This document shows positions 29,547 through 40,052 of a stretch of 64,000 nt of DNA, piece by piece. The notes below the pieces were generated by a model. It was not told the DNA's origin. It was given only the letters and a program-made list of their open reading frames with translations, and did not search any database. Position 1 is the stretch's first letter; each line of letters opens with the position of its first letter. Source of the stretch: an uncultured Planctomycetaceae bacterium (GTDB lineage Bacteria; Planctomycetota; Planctomycetia; Isosphaerales; Isosphaeraceae); assembly GCA_963833985.1 (NCBI GenBank), contig CAWIAD010000001.1, positions 896,001 through 960,000 on the forward strand, read 5' to 3'. Made by a program: the position numbers and the translations under genes.

Positions 29547-32500
29547 GTGTTCTCGCGCTTCTTCATCGACCGCCCGATCTTCGCCTCGGTCCTGTCGATC
29601 ATGATCACGCTGGCGGGAGGCATCACCCTCTTCACGCTCTCGGTGGCGCAGTATCCCGAGATCACGCCCCCGACCGTGGAGGTCTCGGCCTACTATCCCG
29701 GGGCGAACGCCCAGGTCGTCGCCGATACCGTCGCCGCGCCCATCGAGCAGCAGGTCAACGGCGTCGAGAACATGATGTACATGTCGTCGCAGTGTACCAA
29801 TGACGGCACCTACATCCTGACCGTCACCTTCAAGCCGGGCGTCGACCTGAACATGGCCCAGGTGCTGGTGCAGAACCGCGAATCGCTGGCCGAGCCGATC
29901 CTCCCGGACCTGGTCAAGCGGCGCGGCGTCGCGGTGAAGAAGAAGTCGCCCAGCATCCTCATGATCATCAACGTCTTCTCTCCCGACGGCTCCAAGGACA
30001 ACCTTTACCTCAGCAACTACGCCACCATCCAGCTCCGTGACGAGCTGGCCCGGCTTGACGGCGTGGGCGACATCACCTACATCGGCCAGCGCAATTACAG
30101 CATGCGGGTCTGGCTGGACCCGCAGAAGATGACGTTCCGCAACCTCACCTCATCGGATGTGGTCAACGCCATCCAGCAGCAGAACATCCAGGTGGCCGCC
30201 GGCCAGCTTGGCCAGCCGCCGGTCTCCACCGGGCAAGCCTTCCAGTTCACCATCACCACGCTCGGGCGGCTCAGCGACACCGAACAGTTCTCCGAGATGA
30301 TCCTCAAGACCGACAACCTGGGCGGCGTCGTCCGGCTCCGCGACGTGGGCCGGGTGGAGCTGGGCGCGCAGGGCTACGACCAGGAATGCACGCTCGACGG
30401 CCGCCAGACCGTCGCCCTGTCGGTTTATCAACGGCCAGGATCCAACGCCCTGGAGACCGCCAAGCTGGTCCGCCAGAAGATGGAGGAGCTCAAGGAACGG
30501 TTCCCCGAGGGCGTGGATTACGCCATCGTCTATGACACCACGCCGTTCATCACCGAGTCGGTCGCCGAGGTGTTCAAGACGTTGCAGGACGCCGTCGTGC
30601 TGGTGGCCATCGTCGTCCTGCTCTTCCTCCAGAACTGGCGTTCGGCGCTGATTCCGCTCATCGCCGTGCCGGTGGCCATCATCGGCACCTTCGCCGTCAT
30701 GGCGGCGCTCGGATTCTCGCTCAACAACCTGACGCTCTTCGGCCTGGTGCTGGCCATCGGCATCGTGGTGGACGACGCCATCGTGGTGGTGGAGGCCGTC
30801 GAACACCATATCGAGGCGGGGCTGAAACCGCGCGAGGCCACCATCAAGGCCATGGACCAGGTCTCCGCGCCGGTGATCGCGGTGGGGCTGGTGCTCACGG
30901 CCGTGTTCCTCCCCTGTGCCTTCATCACGGGGATCGTGGGCCAGTTTTACCGCCAGTTCGCGCTCACGATCGCGACATCGACGGTGATCTCCGCGTTCAA
31001 CTCGCTGACCCTGAGCCCCGCGCTTTCGGCCCTGCTGCTGCGGCCCCGGCAGAAGGGCGTGTACCAGGCCCTGCCGCGGCTGGCCTTCGTGGCCATTGGC
31101 TGCTGGGCCGGCGCCACAGCGCCGGCGCCCTACCTAGGCACCTGGGGCGAACACATCCTTCCCGAACGCGTCGAGGCCCTGCGCGGCCTTGCCCTCTTAC
31201 GTGACGCTGAACCATGTCTTCTCGGCCGCCGGTGCGGTGCTTGGCGGGCTAGTCGGCTGGCTCGTGAGCCGGCCCCTGAACGCGGTCATGGGCTGGTGCT
31301 TCTACCAGTTCAACCGCGGCTTCGACGCCGCGACCGGCATCTACACCCGCATCGTCAAAGGCTTGCTTCGCGTTGGCCTGGTGGTCCTGGTGATCTACGG
31401 CGGTCTGCTCTACCTGACCTACTGGGGCTTCACGCGCACCCCCACGGGCTTCATCCCCGCCCAGGACAAGGGTTACCTGCTGGTCAACGTCCAGCTTCCC
31501 GACTCGTCGTCGCTCGATCGCACGAAGACGGTGATGCGGCACGTCGAGGCCGTCGCCGACAAGATGCCCGGCGTCACGCACACCCTGTCAATCGCCGGCC
31601 AGTCGATCCTGATGAACGCCAACGCGCCGAACTTCGGCGCCATGTACGTCATGCTCGACGACTTTCACGCCAGGGCAGAGAAAGGCCTGACCGGCCCGGT
31701 GGTAGCGGGACAGGTCCAGGCGGCGCTTCAGAACGAGATCCAGGACGGTCTGGTCAACGTCTTCGAGGCGCCTCCGGTGGACGGCCTGGGGACCGCCGGC
31801 GGCTTCAAGATCGTCATCGAGGATCGAGGCGATCTGGGCACGAGGGAGCTCGAGACGGTGGCCAACAACGTCGTCGCCTCCGGCAACGCCGATTCCCGAC
31901 TCCAGGGGCTGTTCACCAGCTTCCGGGCAAACACACCCTGGCTCTACCTGGACATCGACCGCGAGAAGGCCAAGCTGCTGGGCGTCTCCATCGCCGAGCT
32001 GTTCAACACGCTCCAGGTGTACCTTGGCTCGCTCTACGTCAATGACTTCAACCGCTTCGGCCGCACCTGGCAGGTCAACGTGCAGGGCGATGCCGATTTC
32101 CGCAGGCAGATCGAGGACCTGGCCGGACTGCGGGTGCGGGGCGAGCGGGGTGGCATGGTACCGCTCGGCACGCTGGCCCAGATCCGCGACGTCAGCGGGC
32201 CAGTCATGATCATCCGCTATAACCTCTATCCCTCGGCCACGGTGAACCTGAACACCGCGCCCGGAACCAGCTCCGGCCAGGCACTCAAGATCATGGAGGG
32301 GGTCGTCGCCAAGGAACTGCCACAGTCAATGCGTACGGTCTGGACCGAGCTCGCCCTCCTGCAATTGCAGACCGGCAGCACGGCAATGTACGCCTTCACC
32401 CTGGCGGTGGTCCTCGTCTTCCTGGTGCTGGCCGCTCAGTTCGAGAGCTGGTCGCTGCCGCTGGCGGTCATCCTCGTCGTGCCCATGTGCTTGCTCTGCT

Positions 32501-33117
32501 CGACCGTCGGCGTGAACGCCGCCCGCATGGACATCAATATCTTCACACAGGTCGGCTTCATCGTGCTGGTGGGCCTGGCCTGCAAGAACGCGATCCTGAT
32601 CGTCGAGTTTGCCAAGAAGCGGCGCGAGTTCGGAGCGCCCCGGCTGGAGGCCACGCTCGACGCCTGCGAGCTGCGGCTACGGCCAATCATCATGACCTCG
32701 ATGGCCTTCATCCTCGGCGTCGTGCCGCTGATCACCTCGGTGGGAGCCGGCTCCGAGATGCGCAAGACGCTGGGCATCGCCGTCTTCAGCGGCATGCTCG
32801 GCGTGACCCTTTTCGGCATCTTCCTGACGCCCGTCTTCTACTTCGTCATCCAGTGGGTCAGCGACCTCCGCGGCGAGCGCCGGCAGCGGCTTGGTCTGGA
32901 CGTCGGCAATGGGCCGGTCCCGGACGGCCACGCGTTCCACGCCGAGCCTGCGGCCGCCAACGGGCATGCCCACGCCACACAGCATGCCCACGCACACGGC
33001 CACGACGGCAACGGACACGCCGGCGAGGGTTCCAGCCCCGATGGCGATGCCGCGGTTCATGCCCCGGCAGACCATGACGGCGAGCCTTACGCCAGGGAAG
33101 CGGAGGTTCGCCACTGA
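29547..33117 (+). CDS. HAE1-type RND efflux permease, paralog 2 (frameshift about 31100-31190), His-rich C-tail
   Basis: FFIDRPIFA, GIVVDDAIVVVE; second ORF has FIPAQDKG, GLACKNAILIVEFA, RLRPIIMTS. Confidence 0.92.
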
Positions 33118-33143
33118 TCCCGCCACCACCGGAGGCGCGGCCC

Positions 33144-34022
33144 ATGAGCCTCATCGACCAGGCGCGCACCAAGGCCGCCTACGACCTCCAGTGGAATCGG
33201 TACCGGATCGTCCGGCCCGAGGAGGATCGCGCGACGTTCCGCAATCGAACCGGGCTGGTTGAGGCGCACCTCGCCGGCAAAGTGGTGCTCGATGCCGGCT
33301 GCGGCATGGGCCGCTACCTGCGGGTTGCCGCCGAGGCCGGCCCTGAGCTCCTGGTGGGCATCGACCTGAGCCGGGCGGTCTCCGCCGCGCGTGACCTGAC
33401 ATCGGGCCTTCCGCGCGTTGTCATCGTCCAGGGCGATCTGCTACGTCCCCCGCTGGCCGAGGGGCGCTTCGACCACATTTACTCGATTGGCGTCATCGAC
33501 CACACACCCGATCCGCGAGCCGCGTTCCTGAGCCTGGCCAGGCTGCTCAAGCCGGGCGGCCGGATCGCGATCTGGATCTATGAGCGGCAGCGTCTCGCCG
33601 TGGAACGGATGATGGACCTTCAGCGCGCCATCTCGACCCGTTTGCCACTCGGGCTGATCACCGTCCTTTCTCGCCTGGCCGCCCCGGTGGGCGGACTGAA
33701 GCGCCGGCTCATGGCCAGCCGCCATCGCCTCGTGGAGCGGTCGGGCGTGGCGCTGCACCTTCTGACCATCGGTGTGTCGATGCACCCCGACCCCGAGGTC
33801 CGGGTCTGCGACACCCTCGACTGGTACGCCCCGCGCTATCTTTCCCGCCACACAAAGGACGACGTCGCCGGCTGGTTCGCCGAGGCCGGCCTGGAGGAGA
33901 TCGAGGACCTGAGCGCGAGCCAGGCCTTCTTCCACCCCGGTCAGGGCCACGGCATCAACCTGGCAGGACGACGGCCGTGCCCCGGCGCCTCCGAACCCGG
34001 CACGCAGCTCGCACGCGACTGA
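33144..34022 (+). CDS. Class I SAM-dependent methyltransferase
   Basis: VLDAGCGMGRY, FDHIYSIGVIDH, LLKPGGRI, DTLDWYAP; SD ggagg, 26-nt gap after RND2. Confidence 0.88.
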   Translation: MSLIDQARTKAAYDLQWNRYRIVRPEEDRATFRNRTGLVEAHLAGKVVLDAGCGMGRYLRVAAEAGPELLVGIDLSRAVSAARDLTSGLPRVVIVQGDLLRPPLAEGRFDHIYSIGVIDHTPDPRAAFLSLARLLKPGGRIAIWIYERQRLAVERMMDLQRAISTRLPLGLITVLSRLAAPVGGLKRRLMASRHRLVERSGVALHLLTIGVSMHPDPEVRVCDTLDWYAPRYLSRHTKDDVAGWFAEAGLEEIEDLSASQAFFHPGQGHGINLAGRRPCPGASEPGTQLARD

Positions 34023-34074
34023 TGGCTTCCCTCCACGGCAGAACGTACGACCGCGCGTGCACCGTTCGCGCGCC

Positions 34075-34857
34075 TCACACTCGTCGAGCACCCTTCCGTT
34101 GCCAGCCACGACCGGCCGGTGACATGCGGAACAGGACCGCTCCCGCGAGCGCAATGCTGGCCAGCACCAGCCCGGACGGCTCCGGTACAGCCAGCAGGGT
34201 GTACTCGGACGAGACAGTGAGGGTGTCGCCCACAACCACGCCACTCCAGCGGATATCTGGCTTGAGCGTGAGTGTGCGGTTGCCGGCCTTCACCCCGGTC
34301 CAGGTATTCGACTCGTCGGCCCACTTGATCGCCTTGTTCTTCACCGGGCCCTCGAAGCTGGTGCTGTACAGGACGCTGCCATTGGGACCGTTGGCACTTC
34401 CCGAGTCCAACGATCCGCGAATGCTGAAGAAGACGTCGCCGTTGGACGCCGACACGTCTGTGTTGCCGGACGTGGTCAGGACGATGTCCTGGTTCTGGCC
34501 CAGTACACCTATCCGCGCGGCGCTCCATTCAATGTACACCAGTCCGGACTTGCTTCCCTGCGGCAGCGACGAGATCGTGGCCGTCCAGCTGAAGTCCACC
34601 ACCGACAGGCCGTCGGCCAGCTTCTTGAGCTGCGGGTTGTTGCTCGTGAATTTAGCCTCCGTGCCGTCGCCGTAGTAAACCGTCGGCTTGGTGAGGGTGA
34701 TGTTGTTGTTGTCGAAGTTGATGGGGCCGCCCCGCGCGGCGGTGCAGGGCAGGGAGAACAGCAAGGCAATACCGACAAGTCTCAGTTCACGCTGGATCAC
34801 GGCGGGCACTCCTCTTGCAAGGGTCGAAAAGTCGGCATTCATCCGAGACCAACGCAC
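34075..34857 (-). CDS. PEP-CTERM sorted exported protein
   Basis: Signal ending ARG; C-terminal AVPEPSGLVLASIALAGAVLF plus basic tail; start uncertain. Confidence 0.82.
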   Translation of the reverse strand: MRWSRMNADFSTLARGVPAVIQRELRLVGIALLFSLPCTAARGGPINFDNNNITLTKPTVYYGDGTEAKFTSNNPQLKKLADGLSVVDFSWTATISSLPQGSKSGLVYIEWSAARIGVLGQNQDIVLTTSGNTDVSASNGDVFFSIRGSLDSGSANGPNGSVLYSTSFEGPVKNKAIKWADESNTWTGVKAGNRTLTLKPDIRWSGVVVGDTLTVSSEYTLLAVPEPSGLVLASIALAGAVLFRMSPAGRGWQRKGARRV

Positions 34858-35081
34858 TGGCTACGGATCAGGACCTCCTGATGAGGCAAGATGGGAATCG
34901 GAGCCATGGAAACAGGGACACGACCAGTGCGGCGCGATGACGCTTGTTGCACTGCAAGACCGGGTGAGGCCGGTAGACGCCGGTCATCTTAGCGATGGAT
35001 CCTCCGCGAACACAAAAGAAAACCGGTTGCGGGCAGCCGGCATTTTGCACCCACCTCGAGGCACTGGCAGCCCGCGCCGGC

Positions 35082-35111
35082 TTGACCCTGCCGCATGGGC
35101 GGATCTAAGAT
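35082..35111 (+). promoter_or_regulatory. Possible sigma70 promoter of the DUF1573 gene
   Basis: TTGACC, 18-bp spacer, TAAGAT. Confidence 0.4.
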
Positions 35112-35268
35112 GTTACAAGCAAGGACGCCTGGTTGCGCCTGAGGCCGGAGGAGCGACGCGGCGAGACGTCGCAGCCCACACTCACAAAGCCCCTGCACGT
35201 CGGCGCAACGCACCGGGGTCTTCATCACCGTCTTGATTTGTTCTTTCGATAAGCGGAGTCACGCCATC

Positions 35269-36378
35269 ATGTTGCGATGGGTCATCCTGGCTGTGATCGT
35301 GGTCGTGCTGGCCGCGATGGGGACCCTGGTGGTTCAGTACGGGACGGGATCGAGCCCGAGCTGGAGCCTGCCAGCCGGCGGCGACAAGCAAGGCCCGCAG
35401 CCGCGCGCGGAGGTAGAAGGACCACTGACCCACGAGTTCGGCCAGCTCTCCACACAGAAGACTTCCACCAAGCGCTGGAAGGTGAAGAACACTGGCCAGG
35501 GCGACCTCGAGATCTGGCTGCTGGGTTCCACCTGTACCTGCACCATCCCGAAGCTCAAAGGGGAAGGGACGCGAGAGGTGGTCAAGCCCGGCGACTCGAC
35601 CGAGATCGAGCTGGAATGGAAGACCAAGGACATCATCGGCGAGTTCGCCAAGGGGGCGACCATCGGCACCAATGACCCAAGCCGGCCGGAATTCATGCTC
35701 CGGGTCCACGGCATGGTGCACGCGCCGATCGTGGTGCTGCCCGAGCCCCAGGAAGGCGTGGTGGCCGTTGGCGACGTGGAGACCGACCTTGGCCGGGAGA
35801 TGTCCCTGGCGGTTTTCTCACCGGAGCACCCCGAGATGAAGATCATCAAGGCCGTCACCTCCAAACCCGACCTGATCGTGCCGCACCCCACCCCATTCTC
35901 GAAGGAAGAGCTTGAAAAGCTGAAGGTGAAGGGCGGCTACCGACTGAGGCTGGAGTTCAAGCCGGGCCTGCCGGTGGGCAGCTTCCGCGAGGAGCTGGTG
36001 ATCGATAGCAACCACCCCGACCTGCCCCGCAAGACTCTGGTCCTGGCCGGCATGGCGTCCGGCCCGATCAGTGTGATGCCCTCGGTGCTGCGGATGGTGG
36101 CAATCAACGGCAAGCAGGGAGGCTCCGGACAGGTGACCCTCTTGGTGCGCGGAGGCCGGCCCACCAGCTTCACGGTGCTCCGCAAGCCCGAGAAGCTCGA
36201 TGTCGTCTCGGTCACCTCCAACGAATCGGCGAGCGCGAAGGGCCGCTACCGCCTGACTGTCACGGTCGCGCCCGGCACGCCTGCCGGCCTGATCGAGGAT
36301 GAGATCATTCTCAAGACCGATCATCCCCAGGTGAGCGAGCTGAAGGTCCCCGTGAGCATCGTCGTCGGCGCGAGTTGA
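35269..36378 (+). CDS. DUF1573 domain membrane-anchored Ig-like protein
   Basis: N-terminal TM; HEFG, VKNTGQGDL, STCTCT, VKPGDSTEIELEW, TNDP. Confidence 0.85.
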   Translation: MLRWVILAVIVVVLAAMGTLVVQYGTGSSPSWSLPAGGDKQGPQPRAEVEGPLTHEFGQLSTQKTSTKRWKVKNTGQGDLEIWLLGSTCTCTIPKLKGEGTREVVKPGDSTEIELEWKTKDIIGEFAKGATIGTNDPSRPEFMLRVHGMVHAPIVVLPEPQEGVVAVGDVETDLGREMSLAVFSPEHPEMKIIKAVTSKPDLIVPHPTPFSKEELEKLKVKGGYRLRLEFKPGLPVGSFREELVIDSNHPDLPRKTLVLAGMASGPISVMPSVLRMVAINGKQGGSGQVTLLVRGGRPTSFTVLRKPEKLDVVSVTSNESASAKGRYRLTVTVAPGTPAGLIEDEIILKTDHPQVSELKVPVSIVVGAS

Positions 36379-36469
36379 TTGCTGCCCCCGGTCGACTTCC
36401 AGGCCACGTTCGCGAGCCGGCTGATTCCGGGGTTCGCTCGCTACTCACGCCATGGTCGGCAAAGGTCGC

Positions 36470-37929
36470 TTATTCCCTCACGATCAGGCCCAGTGCGTAC
36501 ACCTCCTTCCCGGCGCGTCCCTGGAGGCCCAGCGGGATCTTGCCGTCGCTGGAGACATTGCGCGGGCTTCCTCCCTTCTCGTCGCCCAGCCACGGCGACT
36601 GGTAAGAATCGGTTGAATCGAGCTTGTCTCCGTCGATCCGCATGAACACCATCTCGAAGCCGTCGACGGTCAGACCGGTGTGCGTGTTGATTGCCCCGAT
36701 GGCGTAGCCTGGCTTCGCCACAGCGGTGGTCTCCGCGCCAGCTTCGTGCCGCGCCGCTCGCCATCGACGAGCCTCTCTCCCTGGCGGTATATCGGCTGGA
36801 TCGAGCTGATCTTGGGGCCGCCGAATCGCGTGATGTAACTGACCCACGCCCCGACGAGAACAGCCCCGGCCGAGCCGATGTCGTGGAACCGATCGCGGTC
36901 ATTCCCGGGGAAGCTGGCGGGCAGTGCAGTCAATCCCTCCGGCAGCGCGCTGGCAGTCGATCCGGCGGCGGCCCCGGCCGTGCTCGAGCCGGTACGGGGT
37001 ACCGTCCGGCTCCTGTTCCTCGTCGCTCCCCTGGCGCCGCGAGCGATTGCCCCGGCGGCGGCTCCCGCCCGCGCGGCTGCCGCCTTTTGCCGGGCCATGC
37101 CGCGGGACGCCGGTGTTGTCGGCGCCGTCGAGTCCTTCATCCCCAGGCGATCCTCGAGCAACTTCTTCACCTCCGGCATTCGATCGTTTCGCACCGACTC
37201 GAACGCCGGGTCGCGAGCGCTCAGCTCCATGACGGCTAGCTTGGAAATGGTCGAGTCTCCCGAGGGTACGCTGAGCCGATAGACGATGAGCGCGGCCTCC
37301 TTCCCGGCCATCACATGCCCAAGCGGCTCGATGCGCTTCGCCGCGGGGTTCAGGAGCATGAGATTCGCGGAGCCGCCCTTCTTCATGGGGCCGGCAAACT
37401 CCTCCGGGATGACCATCTTCCAGGTCTTGCCACTCTTCCGCAACGTGCTCACGTTCAGCCGCACGATATCGGTTTCTCCCAGCTTCATGCGCGATCGGTA
37501 GACCACGTGCGCGGTGTCGTCCCCCTGGGAAATATGGCCGTAGACGTCTATCCGGGTGTTCGCGACCGCGGCCTTCGTGCCGGGGTCGGAAAGCTGCCTG
37601 CGCAGAATGCCGGTGAAGAGCCGCCGTCCATCGAGAGCTTTCAGGTCCTTCACGGTTTTCACGCCCGGAAACGATTGCAGAACCCTGGCCTCGCCAGCTT
37701 TCTGGACAGCCTCGTCGAGCGAGCCGACCACTGCCGCACGGAGCTCTTCGAGCGAGTCTGGATCCATCGCGGCGACGAACTCATCGATGCGGCCATGGTT
37801 CACGGCGTCCAAAGCCTTGCTCACAACAGCCTGGGGCGAGCCCGCCTTGGGCGACGCGGACCAGGCCGAGCTCGAGACAAGCAGCACCAGAAGCGCACCA
37901 CCAGCAACCGAGAAGATCTCTCGCTTCAT
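36470..37929 (-). CDS. Secreted hypothetical protein with duplicated N-terminal module and jacalin-like C-terminal domain (frameshift near 36738)
   Basis: Signal peptide; ORF 36670..37929 continues in ORF 36470..36847 (VAKPGYAIGAI, DSYQSPWLG, GLQGRAG..ALGLI) if one G is added. Confidence 0.65.
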
Positions 37930-38233
37930 GATCGATGACCCTCGCAGGAGGGACGGTGAACCGACGATTTCCCCCGACGACAGAACAATGAACTGCGGTG
38001 CTCGTCCGGTCGTGGGGCCTCGCGTGGACGTTTCATCTCGTAACGGTCCGTTTCCGCCGTTTCCAGGCCTGCGACCTCATCCGCGCTGCGAGTACGAAAG
38101 GAGCAACATTCATGGCCGCCGGCGTGGTCCGGCCGCATCCGGCCCCTTTCGACGCGGCTGGCGACGGCGTACCATGAGATTGATGCGGAGCCGGCCGGAC
38201 CTTCGGAGTTTCAGCCCCTGGCGAACCCTCGCG

Positions 38234-38734
38234 ATGAGCATCGTCTTGCGTCCCTATCGCACTTCAGACCGGTCGGCCGTCGTCGCTCTCACGGTTGCGG
38301 CCTTTCCCGGTGTGTCGATCGACCACAACATCGACGAACGCCTCGGCGCCATCACGGGCAGGGACTGGCGCTGGCGGAAGGGCCGCGACGTGGAACGCGA
38401 TATCGACGCGCCCGATACAGAGCTGGCGCTCGCGGAGGACGACCGGGACGGGAGTGTGGTCGGCTATGTGACGATGGCGTTCGACCACGAGACGCGCATC
38501 GGCTGGATTCACAACCTGGCCGTCGCGGCCGGTCTGCGCGGGCAGGGGCTGGGGCGGAGGCTTTTGGAGCACGCGCTCGACCGGTTCCCCCACGCCGGCA
38601 TGACGGTGGCCAGGATCGAGACCCTGGAGCAGAATGCGATCGGCCGGCAGCTTTATCCCGCGCTCGGTTTCATCGAGGTTGCCCGGCAGATCCACTTTGC
38701 CATGCCGCTGTTGTCCGGATCCGACGGCGGCTGA
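38234..38734 (+). CDS. GNAT family N-acetyltransferase
   Basis: VVGYV, IHNLAV, RGQGLGRRLL, NAIGRQLYPALGF. Confidence 0.9.
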   Translation: MSIVLRPYRTSDRSAVVALTVAAFPGVSIDHNIDERLGAITGRDWRWRKGRDVERDIDAPDTELALAEDDRDGSVVGYVTMAFDHETRIGWIHNLAVAAGLRGQGLGRRLLEHALDRFPHAGMTVARIETLEQNAIGRQLYPALGFIEVARQIHFAMPLLSGSDGG

Positions 38735-38778
38735 ATCCCGCTCCGTTTTCCTCTTCATCTCGGTTCCCGGAGAGAGCG

Positions 38779-40029
38779 ATGCGACTTTACCCCACGACGC
38801 TGATTCTCGCGATGGCGGCACTGGCGGCTGGCGTGGCCCCAGCCCCGCCCCTGCACTTTGTCGCGCAGGAGATCGACCCGCATGCCGGCAACGTCTGCTA
38901 CGCGGTGACGGCGGCCGACGTGAACGGAGACGGCAAGCTCGACGTCGTGGCGGTCACCGAGGATGCCGTGCTCTGGTATGAGAACCCTTCCTGGAAGCGG
39001 CACGAGATCATTCGCGGTGGAACCGAGAAGGACAACGTCTGCATCCAGCCGCACGATATCGACGGCGACGGCCGGGTCGATTTTGCGCTGGGCGCGGGCT
39101 GGCGCCCGCCGGATACGGCAAGGCCCAGCACGCTTCAATGGCTCGGCCGCGATCAGGCAGGCCACTGGACAATCCACCCGATCGACTATCACGAACCTGC
39201 ATTGCATCGCCTGCGCTGGGGCGATGTGAAAGGAACCGGCAAGAAACAGCTCGTGGTCGCGCCCTTGCAGGGCAGGGGAACAAAGGGACCGAACTGGGGC
39301 GAAGGGGAGGGGGCGCGCGTGCTGGTCTTTGAGGTTCCCGAGGACCCCACGAGCAAGAACTGGCCGCACGAGACGGCGGAAGACAGCTTGCATACGATCC
39401 ACAATCTGCAACTTCTCGACGTCGATGGCGACCGCCGCGACGAGGTGACGCTGGCCTGCTGGGAGGGCGTGTTCCTGCTCGACCGTGCTCCGGCCGGCAG
39501 GTGGACTCGGACCCTGCTAGGCTCCGGCAACCAGCGATCCGCACCCAGCAAAGGGGCGAGCGAGGTGAAGATCGGCTCGCTGGAAATGGGGTTCCGGTAC
39601 GTCGCGACTATCGAGCCCTGGCACGGCAACCAGGTGGTGGTCTACACCCGCGACGCGACCGCTTACCCCGCCGCCCGCGTGCTCATCGAGCGTGGAGAAG
39701 CCGCGCGGCAGGTCGTCGCCGAGCCGCTGAGCTGGGGGCATGCCGTCTGGTGCGCCAACCTCGACAATGACAAGGACGACGAGCTGATCATCGGCCAGCG
39801 CGACCCGAATCGCGGGGCGGCAACAGGTCCGCGCGGGCCCGGCGTGTTCGTGTTCGATCCCAGGCCCGGAACCTATCCGCCCGTCTTCGACCGCATCACC
39901 GTGGACGACGGCGGCATGGCCTGCGAGGACGCGCTGGCGGCCGACCTCGACGGCGACGGGAAGAGTGAGATCATCGCCGGTGGAAGGGCCACCCATAACG
40001 TGAAGATTTACTGGAATCGTCCGCGCTGA
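38779..40029 (+). CDS. Secreted FG-GAP/VCBS-repeat beta-propeller protein
   Basis: Repeats DVNGDGKLD, DIDGDGRVD, DVDGDRRDE, DLDGDGKSE; His motifs LHRLRW, IHNL, EPWHGNQ, GHAV. Confidence 0.85.
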   Translation: MRLYPTTLILAMAALAAGVAPAPPLHFVAQEIDPHAGNVCYAVTAADVNGDGKLDVVAVTEDAVLWYENPSWKRHEIIRGGTEKDNVCIQPHDIDGDGRVDFALGAGWRPPDTARPSTLQWLGRDQAGHWTIHPIDYHEPALHRLRWGDVKGTGKKQLVVAPLQGRGTKGPNWGEGEGARVLVFEVPEDPTSKNWPHETAEDSLHTIHNLQLLDVDGDRRDEVTLACWEGVFLLDRAPAGRWTRTLLGSGNQRSAPSKGASEVKIGSLEMGFRYVATIEPWHGNQVVVYTRDATAYPAARVLIERGEAARQVVAEPLSWGHAVWCANLDNDKDDELIIGQRDPNRGAATGPRGPGVFVFDPRPGTYPPVFDRITVDDGGMACEDALAADLDGDGKSEIIAGGRATHNVKIYWNRPR

Positions 40030-40052
40030 TTCAGGACCGATGGCCATTGCCG

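Noticed and set aside
34877..34915. CTGATGAG...GAAAC resembling a hammerhead ribozyme core
   Set aside because: Stem II does not close directly before GAAA, and stems I and III are not evident.
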